The notes beneath the pieces are model-generated. The model did not search any database. It saw only the letters and a list, made by a program, of their open reading frames with translations, and was not told the DNA's origin. DNA of 64,000 nt from Bugula neritina (taxonomy: Eukaryota > Animalia > Bryozoa), in contig OZ037768.1 of the NCBI GenBank assembly GCA_964035545.1, positions 8,526,741-8,590,740 on the forward strand, written 5' to 3'. Of this stretch, positions 47,014 through 56,215 are shown in pieces (the stretch's first letter is position 1; each line of letters begins with the position of its first letter). A program made the position numbers and the translations under genes.

Positions 47014-50000
47014 CTAGTTGCAAGTATTTCCCTGATGTCCAATTACATTTTTTCTTATATTTATGTCATTTCGTCTATAAAACTCTGTGTTTACTTTAGC
47101 TACTCTCACATGTTTTCGATCTGGATGATCCACATGCATATGAATTTTCTGGCCATATATTGAAGATGCCAATGTAGGTACGTCCTTCACTTTTTCCTAA
47201 AATAATTGATGAAATATGTAATTTTTCATCACTAAACATGACAAATGAATGCAAGCAACAAGAGTATATTAATTTTTAGCCTATTAATCACCTCATCATG
47301 CACATGCAATCCTCTTGATTTAGCATGTTCTCTGTCGCACCTGTGCACATACTGATTGTATCCTTGCTCTTGATTAAATATCCTGTCAAATTCACAAGTA
47401 CCATATTTCTCCTGAAACAAATTTTAAGTAATACTGCATTAGAATATTATATAACCTTGCAAATGGCTAAATTACAAACTGTATGCAGGCAAAAGATATG
47501 AATAGCTCAAGCAATTTTTAGCTTGATTACCACAAATCTACATGTGGACAATACCAACTATGTTATTTTCAATTGCATATGCCAGTTTTATAAAATACAT
47601 TGGAACAAAAATTCAAACTAAAGCCTTTTCAAAAGGTATAAATTATAGGTGCCCTTTAGCAAATTAAATTAGCAATTAAACATGTTGCATCTATAGAAAA
47701 TAACTAATTACAAAATGAAAAGCATGTACACAGATGGTATGAATTTAGCGTAATTACAGTATTGACTTTACAGGGAAAATATATATCCACATAGAAAAAG
47801 TTTCAATATTATCATATAAATATTGTGGTGGCTCGTGGAGCTACCAGCAACACAATACGCAAGGTTGCGTATTGACCCGGAACAATGTATTAGCCAATTA
47901 GCTAGGCTGTTTTATGAGAGTAGTAGCAGCTTCGCGCTACTAGCTCAGTTGAGGATAGTGCTGTAAATTAAATAGACGTGCGTATCATTGCTGTTGTACA
48001 TTAGATTTTATTATGTATTCTTGTATTAAAATATAACGATATCTACTCGACTTATCTCGGTGAAGTTTCTCTAGCGATAAATAGACTCTCTTGGTGGCAC
48101 ATCAACCCTAAATCTGAAAATCATAACAGTGGTGGCAGCAGTGGGATAGTGTACATCAAAGATGGAGACTGAAAATGCTAGAATGCAACCACCCCCAGTA
48201 GAAGGTGAGCGTAGAAATGCTGTTAATCCTGTAAATCGTGAGGCAGAAGAAGCTTATAGACATTGCTTGAAAGCTCCCACCTTTACTGGGTCGGAAGATG
48301 TCGAACAATTTATACAAGAATTTAGAGAGGTAATGGAGGTTGCTCAATGGCCGCATAGAGTGGCCCTTATCCAATTGCGGAGAGCGGTGACGGAACAAGC
48401 CAAGCCGTACGGAGTGGGAACGGACGTAAACGGAATACTGGCTGCGCTGCGGGCCCGTTTTGGCATCTCCGCAATAGACGCCAGGACCAAGCTGGAGAGA
48501 TTGTGCCGCAACCCGCGGACCTCGCTGCAAGAACATGCCGCGACGGTGAAGAAGTTGGCGCAGATTGCATACAGCGATCTGCCAGCGCAACACCAAGAGC
48601 GTTACACCTACGACGCCTTTGTCCAGTCACTAAACGACCTGGGCTTACACCATCAACTACGAGTTAAAGGGATAACCAGAATAGAGGATGCCCTGAAGGC
48701 TGGAGAAGCTTACCTGTTGGCTACCCAAATGCATCAAGCACGACGGAACCCACCAGTAGTTGGAGTCAGCGCTGCCAGGGCTACAACAAGCCCCGAAGCC
48801 CCCCCGCTAGAAGCCGAAGTGGACCGCATGGTAGAGATGCTGGGACAGCTGGTAACAATTCTGGCTGGCGCCGGCCCCAGTCAGGCCCTGCGGTTGCCCT
48901 CAACACCTGCGGGGCCAAACTGGAGTAGTGCTGGTCGAGACCATGGACAGCAAGGACGACCCCAATACCAGGGGGCGTTAAACTGTCACGGCCCGCGGAC
49001 GCTCTCCCTCCCCGCGGGCCGCAACTAAAGGAGTATGGTGGGAAACGCCGTCGTCTGTCCGTACGGACACGACGGAACACTCCACCCGAGTGGCAGGTAC
49101 CACGCAGGACTAGTAGGCCCGCACAACGGCCAAGTACCTTCTCCCTGCCACTCGCTAACCGGTTTCACCGGTTACCTCGGGAAGAGGAGCCCGCCACTGA
49201 AATGGAGCCAGAAGGCCCAGTGGAGAGGCCCGAACCCCGCCGGCACCAACCTCGCCGCCGGAAGCCCCGTAAACCACGGGTGAAACCCCCGCCGTCCTGT
49301 CAACCCAGGACAACACATGCGGGGGGGGGTGAAAGTACAACCACATGGAGAGAGCTATTTCCTACCCGGAAAGGTGGCCGGCAACGCCGTCACTTTCCTG
49401 CTCGACTCCGGTTGTACTACCAACCTTCTCAGTCGTAGAGTATTTGAGGCACTGCCCCGCCGGGACAGGGATAGAGTACGACCGTATACTGGAGAACATG
49501 GCACCCTGGCAGACGGGTCATGTATCCCCTTTTATGGTATTATCGAGCTCCCTGGGCGTGTCCGAGATCAGGCTGTACAAGAGACCTTTATCATAGGTCA
49601 ACTGGAGGAAGATGCTATCCTCGGCATGCCCTTCTTGAAGCAACACCAGTGCCGAATCGACTTTAGTAAGTCGGTGGTGCTGATGGGCGGGCGAGAACTC
49701 GCCTGTGTGGATAAGTTTGGGCGTCCTCTGGTGGGCGGTGTTCAGGTAGTTCGAAACTGCACCGTACCCGGACGCTCCAGAGCTACTATCCACTGCCGAG
49801 TGAACAGCAACCGGATAGCCAGGCTCGGGGTCGTTGAAGGCGCGCACGAAAGGATCCAACTCGCCAGTAGTTTAAACCGACTAACTGAGCGAGGGGAGGT
49901 CTTAGTGCAGTGTGTCAACCCCTTTACCGAGCCCATTGAGCTCCCAGCTGGGTCAATGCTGGGCCGGTTCCACTCCGTCCAGGAAGAGGACGTGGGCCCG

Positions 50001-53000
50001 TCGCTGGGTGACGCGACGGAGGCACCCCCTCGACACCCTATTCAGGGACGAGGGGCAGTCCCAACACATCTCCGGGAGTTATACGAAACAGCCAGTGGCG
50101 GCTGCGCGAGTAACAGAGAACGCCAAGCTATGGCTAAGTTACTACGCGACTACGGTGATGTGTTCAGCAGCGGAGAGCATGACGTGGGGCTGACTGGAAT
50201 TGTCAGACACGAAATACCGCTGACTGCAGGGACAGTTCCTGTCCGGCAGCCCACACGCAGGCTGGGGCCGGAGAAAGAGAAGGAGGTTAGCCGACAAGTA
50301 CGGGATCTTCTGGACCGGGGACTGATAGAGCCCGCCCATAGTGCGTGGAGCTCGCCAGTCGTACTGGTCCGGAAGAAAGACGGCAGTTGGCGGTTCTGTG
50401 TGGATTACCGCAAACTCAATAGCGTAACCATACAGGACGCCTACCCTCTACCTCGTATTGACGAGTCATTGGACGCCCTAGCCGGCAGCAAGTACTTCAG
50501 TACGTTAGACTTGCTAAGCGGCTATTGGCAGGTTCCTCTGAGTCCCGACGCCCAAGAGAAAGCGACGTTTATCACACGGGACGGTTTGTGGAAGTGGAAG
50601 GTGCTGCCCTTCGGGTTAACCTCCGCCCCAGCCACCTTCCAGAGGCTGATGGAACAAGTCCTTAGCGGACTCCATTGGAAGACACTGCTGGTCTACCTCG
50701 ATGATGTCATCGTAATCTCTCCAGACTTCGAGACACATGTCAGTCGTCTGCAGGAGGTTTTCGAGAGACTCCGAGGTGCCGGTCTCAAGCTCAAACCTTC
50801 CAAGTGCGCTCTATTGCAGCCGGAGGTCAAGTACCTGGGGCACGTTGTCGGTCGAAACGGCGTGGCAACGGATCCCGAAAAGGTACGGGCGGTAGAAGAC
50901 TGGGTCACCCCCCAAGACTTGACCGGACTCCGAGCTTTCTTGGGGCTGGTAGGGTATTACAGACAATACATACCAGACTTTGCGGGCATAGCCCAGCCGT
51001 TAAACCGGCTCACCGCAAAGGGAGTGACGTGGCAGTGGACCCCAGTCGAACAAGAAGCGTTCGACCGCCTCAAGGGTTGCCTACTAACGGCGCCCATCTT
51101 GGCCTACCCAGACCCCACTCTGGAGTACATCCTCGACACGGACGCCAGTGACCAAAATGTTGGCGCTGTGCTGTCACAAGTGCAGGAAGGCCGAGAGGTA
51201 GTAGTAGCCTACTACAGCAAGTCTCTCTCACCCGCTGAACGAAATTACTGCACTACCCGCAAGGAGCTGCTGGCAGTAATCAAGTCAGTGAAGCACTTCA
51301 GACCATACCTATACGGCAGGAAGTTCCGGCTGCGTACGGACCATGCCTCGCTGATCTGGTTGTGCAAGAGAGCAGAGCCCTCTAGTCAGGTCGCCCGGTG
51401 GCTCGAAATCCTAGCTGAATTCTCATACCGGATCGAACATCGACCGGGCAAGAGACACAGCAACGCGGATGGGCTGAGTCGCCGACCTGACGGAGGTTGC
51501 AAACAGTGTCTCAACATCGAGAGGAGGGATGGAGGTCCCCCGCGATGCGAGTTGGAGACGCTGGCTCACCACGGAGCACCGTTTGACTGGGACCAGGGTC
51601 AACTCAGGCAGGGAGTTGATGAGTCCCCGGAGGATGTGAAAAACCTCCGCGCCAACCCTGTACTGGCCGGTAATGTTCGCGAGCTGAAGAAGCTCCAAGA
51701 AGAACTGCCTGGAGTCGTGGCAGACATATATCGGGCCAAAAGGGAAGGGCGACGACCCAGCGAGGAACGCATACGACAGGGATGCGCCGAGTTCCGGCTA
51801 TACTGTCAGCGTTGGGACTCGCTGCGGATCGGGCAGGATGGGTTACTAACCATCTGCCTAGCTGCCAGCGGCAGACACCCGGAAAGGAAGAGGGTAGTCT
51901 GCCCCACGGTCATCCGCCGTGAGTTGATTTGGGATACTCACAAACAGGCCCACGCAGGGGTCAAGCGAGTGATATCCAAATTACGACTCCGGTGGTATTG
52001 GCCGCAGATGGAGCGTGACGTCCGGCTCAGAGTCAAACAGTGTGAGATCTGCCAGGCCAGTAAGCATAGCCGCCCCCCTGGTGAAGCAGGACGGCGGAGG
52101 CTATACGCTGGTAGGCCCTGGCAAGTAGTCGCTGTAGACCTGGTCGGACCCATGCCCCTGACCCCCAGAGGCAATAATTGGATCCTAGTACTAACCGACC
52201 ACTTTACTAGGTGGGCGGATGCTCTGGCTATCCCAGATGCATCAGCCCCAACAGTGGCCAGGGCGCTAGACCAACATGTATTCTGTTATTTTGGGCTTCC
52301 CGAACAGATACACTCTGATCAAGGCGCTCAATTCCAGTCTCAACTGATGAGCGACCTTTGCCACCTCTGGGGAGTAAATCAGAGCAGGACCACCCCCTAC
52401 CACCCTCAAGGTAACGGGGTGGTGGAGCGCAACAACCGGATGCTAGGTGATGCGCTCCGGAGTCTCCTCCTTGGACGAGGTCAAGAGGAATGGGATACGG
52501 TGTTGCCGCAAGTCATGCGTGCATATCGTAGCACCCCACACACCAGTACTGGTGAGACCCCAAACCTCTTGATGCTCGGGAGAGAGACTCGTGTCCCTGA
52601 CCATCTCACCTATCACGTTCCAGAGCAAGACAACTCGGTTCACGAGTATGCCAATGAACTAGTGGAACGGATGAAGGCCGCACACGACATACTGCGTCAA
52701 CAGCAGTGGAAGGTGCGGCACGAAGATTCCGATGAACCACCTCTCTATCAAACGGGAGATAAGGTGTGGATGGTCAATTACCGTAGGCGTCGCGGACAGG
52801 CTGATAAACTGAAGCCTAAGTTCGTAGGCCCCTACGTGGTCGTCGAGGCTATGCCCAATCATACGTACAAGATTGAGCGCTCAGGACAGGTGTCTATCCA
52901 GAATGAGTCTCGCTTGAAACCGTATTGGGCTAGCCCCGACGGAGTGGGAGAAGCCCCCCCGTTGTTAGAGCCCAGGAGGCAGACAACGACGCGCGGGCGA

Positions 53001-55568
53001 CGGCGGCATGGACCTGAATACGAAGTGGTCATACCGCGGGAGGAAAACTTGGTGAGAGAGGAGCGGCAGCTTTTGTCAACAGAAGCATGTCCGCCACTGC
53101 CGAGTCTAATTCCATCACTTCCAGAAACCGAGCCGGTTCCGGAAGTGCAAACCCCCACGGAGGGAGGGGCTCCATCCGGAGAACAAGAAGAGGTGACCGC
53201 TAACGGTGAAGTAGAGACGCCATTAGAGGCCCCTACTAACGAACCGGTAAGCGTGTCACCCCCCCTAGAAAGGGGACAGCGTACGAGGAAACCCCCGCCA
53301 TATTTAAAAGACTTCGTATGTGACTGCATTAGAAGCGGCGCACATGAAAGTCTAGGGGAAAACCGTACGATAAAATGTTGGAGTTGTGAACCCCACGCAA
53401 ATATCAACTTTTGCGAGGGCGGAATAGTGGGAGGAATTAATGCGCGTAAAGCAAATAGTTCCGACCTCGTGCCTCAGAAACGATGCTCAGCCTTTTCTTA
53501 TGCTGACATCGCCAAAGGCAGACGTATCTCACAACCAGCTCCAACCTTACCAAGAACGTTGAGTATGGACATTAATACCGAGTTCCCAGGTAAGCCAGTA
53601 TAAGTCTTGTATTCCTATTCATGGAAACGGGCTCGATGCCAGTAAATTCTGAACTAATTCAGCAGATTGAATCAGAATTACTGGGAACCACGTTTCATGT
53701 GAATGACGATGAAGACACTGTAATGGCCGACGGTCTGTTAGACCTGGAGCTAGACACTGTTCTTGGTCAGTCCACACATGATTCATCGGTTCCTCGAGTG
53801 CATTCTAAAAGCTGTGACTCTCAGGCTAGCAACGGTCGGCAGTCACTAGAATTATGTTGTAAAGATCCACCGCGATCTAACAATAATTCTACTTTTGTAG
53901 ACACACTCGCGCCCGTCTCTCCGGGCATGCCTTCTCTAGAGATGGCGTGGGACCCAGAGCCGGCCCCAACAACTTCTACAACCAGGCAACTGCCACCCCA
54001 GTTGGAAGCAACCTCCAACTGGATTACCCCTGCCACAGAGAGAGAAATCAGGACCCATCAAGGAGGTGAGAGTAATCGTGAATGCAACCTCTGCCAGCAG
54101 CGATTCACAACCCACCGTAGACTAAAAGTACACTTGCCGCAGCACTACATCACCACTTTCTGCCCTTGCGGAGAATATAGCTACAATCGTGATTACCTAT
54201 TGCGGCACCAACGTACTATGCAGTGTTATCAAGGGCGTGTCTATGAAGTAGACGAATCATCCTATCCTGCCTTTCTCAACGCCATCAAACCACTCATCAC
54301 TGACTCAGCTCGGCTATCTCGCCTGGAGCAAGGCTTCCCTTCCCCGCGACCCATCATCTCTGGAGCCGCAGATAAACCTACACAGTCTACTAACTCTCCA
54401 CCTCACAGTCCTCTACGCATGCCGCATACCTTTCCTCGTGTCGTACTACAGAGGGTAGACACAAATGCGTATACACTCCCTCCTCCCCTTCCATCCTCAG
54501 AGCGGAAAAGACACAGACAGCCGACTTCCTCTCGCTCGTCCCCCTGGGCCCGCAACCTACGTGAAGTAAAAGCTAGGGCACACGACTTGGAGCAAGAAGT
54601 GTACAGACTGGCCCCACGGGTGCAGGCTGCATCCAGTGAACTCAAATATTTACAGGAGTCTATTAAACGCATGAAGCGTGCGGCCCGCAGTTAACTTGAG
54701 TCTACCTACAACTCCATACTACTCAATCCCCTACCTCTCTGTGGCATTCCCTACCGTAATGGTGGCACGTACTCTACATGTAGATAGGACCTTCTCTTGC
54801 TTATTACTTAGTGTGCACGTTATATATACCTGTATATTTTTATCAGTTGTTGTTTTTTTTGTATATACTTTTATACTGTTCTCTTACCCCCCCACAACGA
54901 AGTATACGTTTTTTTATGTGAATTTTATTTTATCAGAAAGTGGGCTTTCTGCTGGAGGGGGCAGTGTGGTGGCTCGTGGAGCTACCAGCAACACAATATG
55001 CAAGGTTGCGTATTGACCCGGAACAATGTATTAGCCAATTAGCTAGGCTGTTTTATGAGAGTAGTAGCAGCTTCGCGCTACTAGCTCAGTTGAGGATAGT
55101 GCTGTAAATTAAATAGACGTGCGTATCATTGCTGTTGTACATTAGATTTTATTATGTATTCTTGTATTAAAATATAACGATATCTACTCGACTTATCTCG
55201 GTGAAGTTTCTCTAGCGATAAATAGACTCTCTTGGTGGCACATCAACCCTAAATCTGAAAATCATAACAATATACAGGTTTTATTTAGGCTGCCTAAAAT
55301 TGCATAATTTTAACTATTAGCTAATAAATTAAAACAGTTTTAATTTCTTGACATCACTAAAAACAAAATTACAATATTTCTTTTTATTTTAAAGTTTTGT
55401 AATACTTACTTGTCTCTCTACATTGAATGCATTTCTGTTTTTATCGATAGGCCTACTTGGTGGTACAAATGCATTTGCAGATACCTCACAAGGCCTTCCA
55501 TGCAAAAGAAACTCATCTGTATCAGTTTTAACATAAATAATATCTTCTAGTTGAGCTCCTCGTGCCAT
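47014..55568 (-). CDS. CFAP90: Cilia- and flagella-associated protein 90 (C5orf49); exons 55568-55410, 47411-47292, 47196-47014; 153 aa
   Basis: FDRIF..EQGYNQYVHRCDREHAKSRGLHVHDEE..VPTLASSIYG..EFYRRNDI matches the C5orf49 family pattern (HRDDREHAKSLGLHV..SSVYG..FYRKNDI). Canonical phase-0 GT-AG introns; X-box upstream. Confidence 0.88.
47824..48128 (+). repeat. 5' LTR (305 bp)
   Basis: TGTGGTGGCTC...TCATAACA; identical to the 3' LTR except C47858 versus T54999. Confidence 0.97.
48130..48147 (+). other. Primer binding site complementary to the tRNA-Leu 3' end
   Basis: TGGTGGCAGCAGTGGGAT lies 1 nt after the LTR and complements the animal tRNA-Leu(AAG/UAG) 3' end ATCCCAC(C/T)GCTGCCA-CCA. Confidence 0.8.
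48162..49028 (+). CDS. gag: Gag (288 aa)
   Basis: First ORF after the PBS; capsid-like segments APTFTGSEDVEQFIQEF, ALRARFG, AFVQSL; no intact CCHC knuckle. Confidence 0.85.
   Translation: METENARMQPPPVEGERRNAVNPVNREAEEAYRHCLKAPTFTGSEDVEQFIQEFREVMEVAQWPHRVALIQLRRAVTEQAKPYGVGTDVNGILAALRARFGISAIDARTKLERLCRNPRTSLQEHAATVKKLAQIAYSDLPAQHQERYTYDAFVQSLNDLGLHHQLRVKGITRIEDALKAGEAYLLATQMHQARRNPPVVGVSAARATTSPEAPPLEAEVDRMVEMLGQLVTILAGAGPSQALRLPSTPAGPNWSSAGRDHGQQGRPQYQGALNCHGPRTLSLPAGRN
49317..53603 (+). CDS. pol: Pol polyprotein (protease, RT, RNase H, integrase); true entry probably via a frameshift at about 48977
   Basis: FLLDSG protease; WRFCVDYRKLN, LPFGL and YLDD RT; TDAS and ELLA RNase H; H..AH...CEIC zinc motif, DLVGP/DQG/VVER DDE core and GPY integrase. 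Confidence 0.96.
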   Translation: MRGGVKVQPHGESYFLPGKVAGNAVTFLLDSGCTTNLLSRRVFEALPRRDRDRVRPYTGEHGTLADGSCIPFYGIIELPGRVRDQAVQETFIIGQLEEDAILGMPFLKQHQCRIDFSKSVVLMGGRELACVDKFGRPLVGGVQVVRNCTVPGRSRATIHCRVNSNRIARLGVVEGAHERIQLASSLNRLTERGEVLVQCVNPFTEPIELPAGSMLGRFHSVQEEDVGPSLGDATEAPPRHPIQGRGAVPTHLRELYETASGGCASNRERQAMAKLLRDYGDVFSSGEHDVGLTGIVRHEIPLTAGTVPVRQPTRRLGPEKEKEVSRQVRDLLDRGLIEPAHSAWSSPVVLVRKKDGSWRFCVDYRKLNSVTIQDAYPLPRIDESLDALAGSKYFSTLDLLSGYWQVPLSPDAQEKATFITRDGLWKWKVLPFGLTSAPATFQRLMEQVLSGLHWKTLLVYLDDVIVISPDFETHVSRLQEVFERLRGAGLKLKPSKCALLQPEVKYLGHVVGRNGVATDPEKVRAVEDWVTPQDLTGLRAFLGLVGYYRQYIPDFAGIAQPLNRLTAKGVTWQWTPVEQEAFDRLKGCLLTAPILAYPDPTLEYILDTDASDQNVGAVLSQVQEGREVVVAYYSKSLSPAERNYCTTRKELLAVIKSVKHFRPYLYGRKFRLRTDHASLIWLCKRAEPSSQVARWLEILAEFSYRIEHRPGKRHSNADGLSRRPDGGCKQCLNIERRDGGPPRCELETLAHHGAPFDWDQGQLRQGVDESPEDVKNLRANPVLAGNVRELKKLQEELPGVVADIYRAKREGRRPSEERIRQGCAEFRLYCQRWDSLRIGQDGLLTICLAASGRHPERKRVVCPTVIRRELIWDTHKQAHAGVKRVISKLRLRWYWPQMERDVRLRVKQCEICQASKHSRPPGEAGRRRLYAGRPWQVVAVDLVGPMPLTPRGNNWILVLTDHFTRWADALAIPDASAPTVARALDQHVFCYFGLPEQIHSDQGAQFQSQLMSDLCHLWGVNQSRTTPYHPQGNGVVERNNRMLGDALRSLLLGRGQEEWDTVLPQVMRAYRSTPHTSTGETPNLLMLGRETRVPDHLTYHVPEQDNSVHEYANELVERMKAAHDILRQQQWKVRHEDSDEPPLYQTGDKVWMVNYRRRRGQADKLKPKFVGPYVVVEAMPNHTYKIERSGQVSIQNESRLKPYWASPDGVGEAPPLLEPRRQTTTRGRRRHGPEYEVVIPREENLVREERQLLSTEACPPLPSLIPSLPETEPVPEVQTPTEGGAPSGEQEEVTANGEVETPLEAPTNEPVSVSPPLERGQRTRKPPPYLKDFVCDCIRSGAHESLGENRTIKCWSCEPHANINFCEGGIVGGINARKANSSDLVPQKRCSAFSYADIAKGRRISQPAPTLPRTLSMDINTEFPGKPV
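53621..54694 (+). CDS. Retrotransposon accessory ORF3 (357 aa): zinc-finger plus coiled-coil protein, not env
   Basis: Intact ORF 17 nt after the pol stop and inside the LTRs. CNLC-x12-H-x3-H C2H2 finger; second finger CPC-x12-H-x5-C; C-terminal heptad region; no signal peptide or TM. Confidence 0.82.
   Translation: METGSMPVNSELIQQIESELLGTTFHVNDDEDTVMADGLLDLELDTVLGQSTHDSSVPRVHSKSCDSQASNGRQSLELCCKDPPRSNNNSTFVDTLAPVSPGMPSLEMAWDPEPAPTTSTTRQLPPQLEATSNWITPATEREIRTHQGGESNRECNLCQQRFTTHRRLKVHLPQHYITTFCPCGEYSYNRDYLLRHQRTMQCYQGRVYEVDESSYPAFLNAIKPLITDSARLSRLEQGFPSPRPIISGAADKPTQSTNSPPHSPLRMPHTFPRVVLQRVDTNAYTLPPPLPSSERKRHRQPTSSRSSPWARNLREVKARAHDLEQEVYRLAPRVQAASSELKYLQESIKRMKRAARS
54954..54964 (+). other. 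Polypurine tract
   Basis: GGAGGGGGCAG immediately before the TG of the 3' LTR. Confidence 0.8.
54965..55269 (+). repeat. 3' LTR (305 bp)
   Basis: Direct repeat of 47824-48128. Confidence 0.97.
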
Positions 55569-56215
55569 TCTAAAACAAACTAAAATTAATAACCTAGAAT
55601 AAAAAAAAAATTATAACTTATAATGCAAAGTTAACAGTGTATTATAAGTGCTCATAATTAAATTAAAATTTTAATAAACGAATTTTAAATAATTAAATCA
55701 ATTAAGTATTTGTAATGTATAGCTGAACAGAAATATTATTTAAAATGGACATCAACAATTACAAACTTTTGCAAAGATGATTAAAACTACTATTAAAAAT
55801 AAATCACATGACCATCTACTGTACTTTTTGCAATTCCAGTGACTTATACGTATACAGCTATATATGTTGCTACTTTAAATGATAATCATATTCACAATTA
55901 CTAAATAGTATTATTAACGTTGAAAATGACAATGAGTATGACTATGAGAGTCAATAAGAGTATGACAAAACTATCAAGTTCAACGAGAAGTATCATAATG
56001 ATAATGATAATTAGACCAATTAGAAATTGAGCCTTTAAATCTATAAGTTTAATTGTTTAAGAATAGTATATACTGCACAGTACCACCCATAAAAACTGTA
56101 AAAATAAAAAAAATTAGATAAAATCAAGTACAAAATAACATACATTCTATTGTAATTGTTAACTATCTGCCTAGCTAGACTCTCTTGCACGTGAAAATCA
56201 GGACGCAGAAATGTT

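Larger units (their letters stand above)
47824..55269 (+). mobile_element. Full-length Ty3/Gypsy LTR retrotransposon (7446 bp) with an extra ORF, antisense in CFAP90 intron 1
   Basis: TG...CA LTRs at 47824-48128 and 54965-55269; ATAT TSD at 47820-47823 and 55270-55273; PBS and PPT present; gag plus PR-RT-RH-IN order. Confidence 0.97.

Noticed and set aside
49035-49283. 82-aa ORF between gag and pol as a separate gene or double read-through path
   Set aside because: It would need two stop read-throughs; the overlapping -1 frame with slippery site and stem explains the region better.
53590-53665. Short intron fusing pol to ORF3 (donor 53590, acceptors 53662/53665)
   Set aside because: Donor is phase 1 and the acceptors are phase 0 in ORF3, so the join is out of frame.
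48156-54672. Many short antisense or alternate-frame ORFs inside the retrotransposon
   Set aside because: Expected shadows of GC-rich coding sequence; no recognisable motifs.
53621-54694. ORF3 as a retroviral env
   Set aside because: No signal peptide, furin site/fusion peptide or TM anchor.
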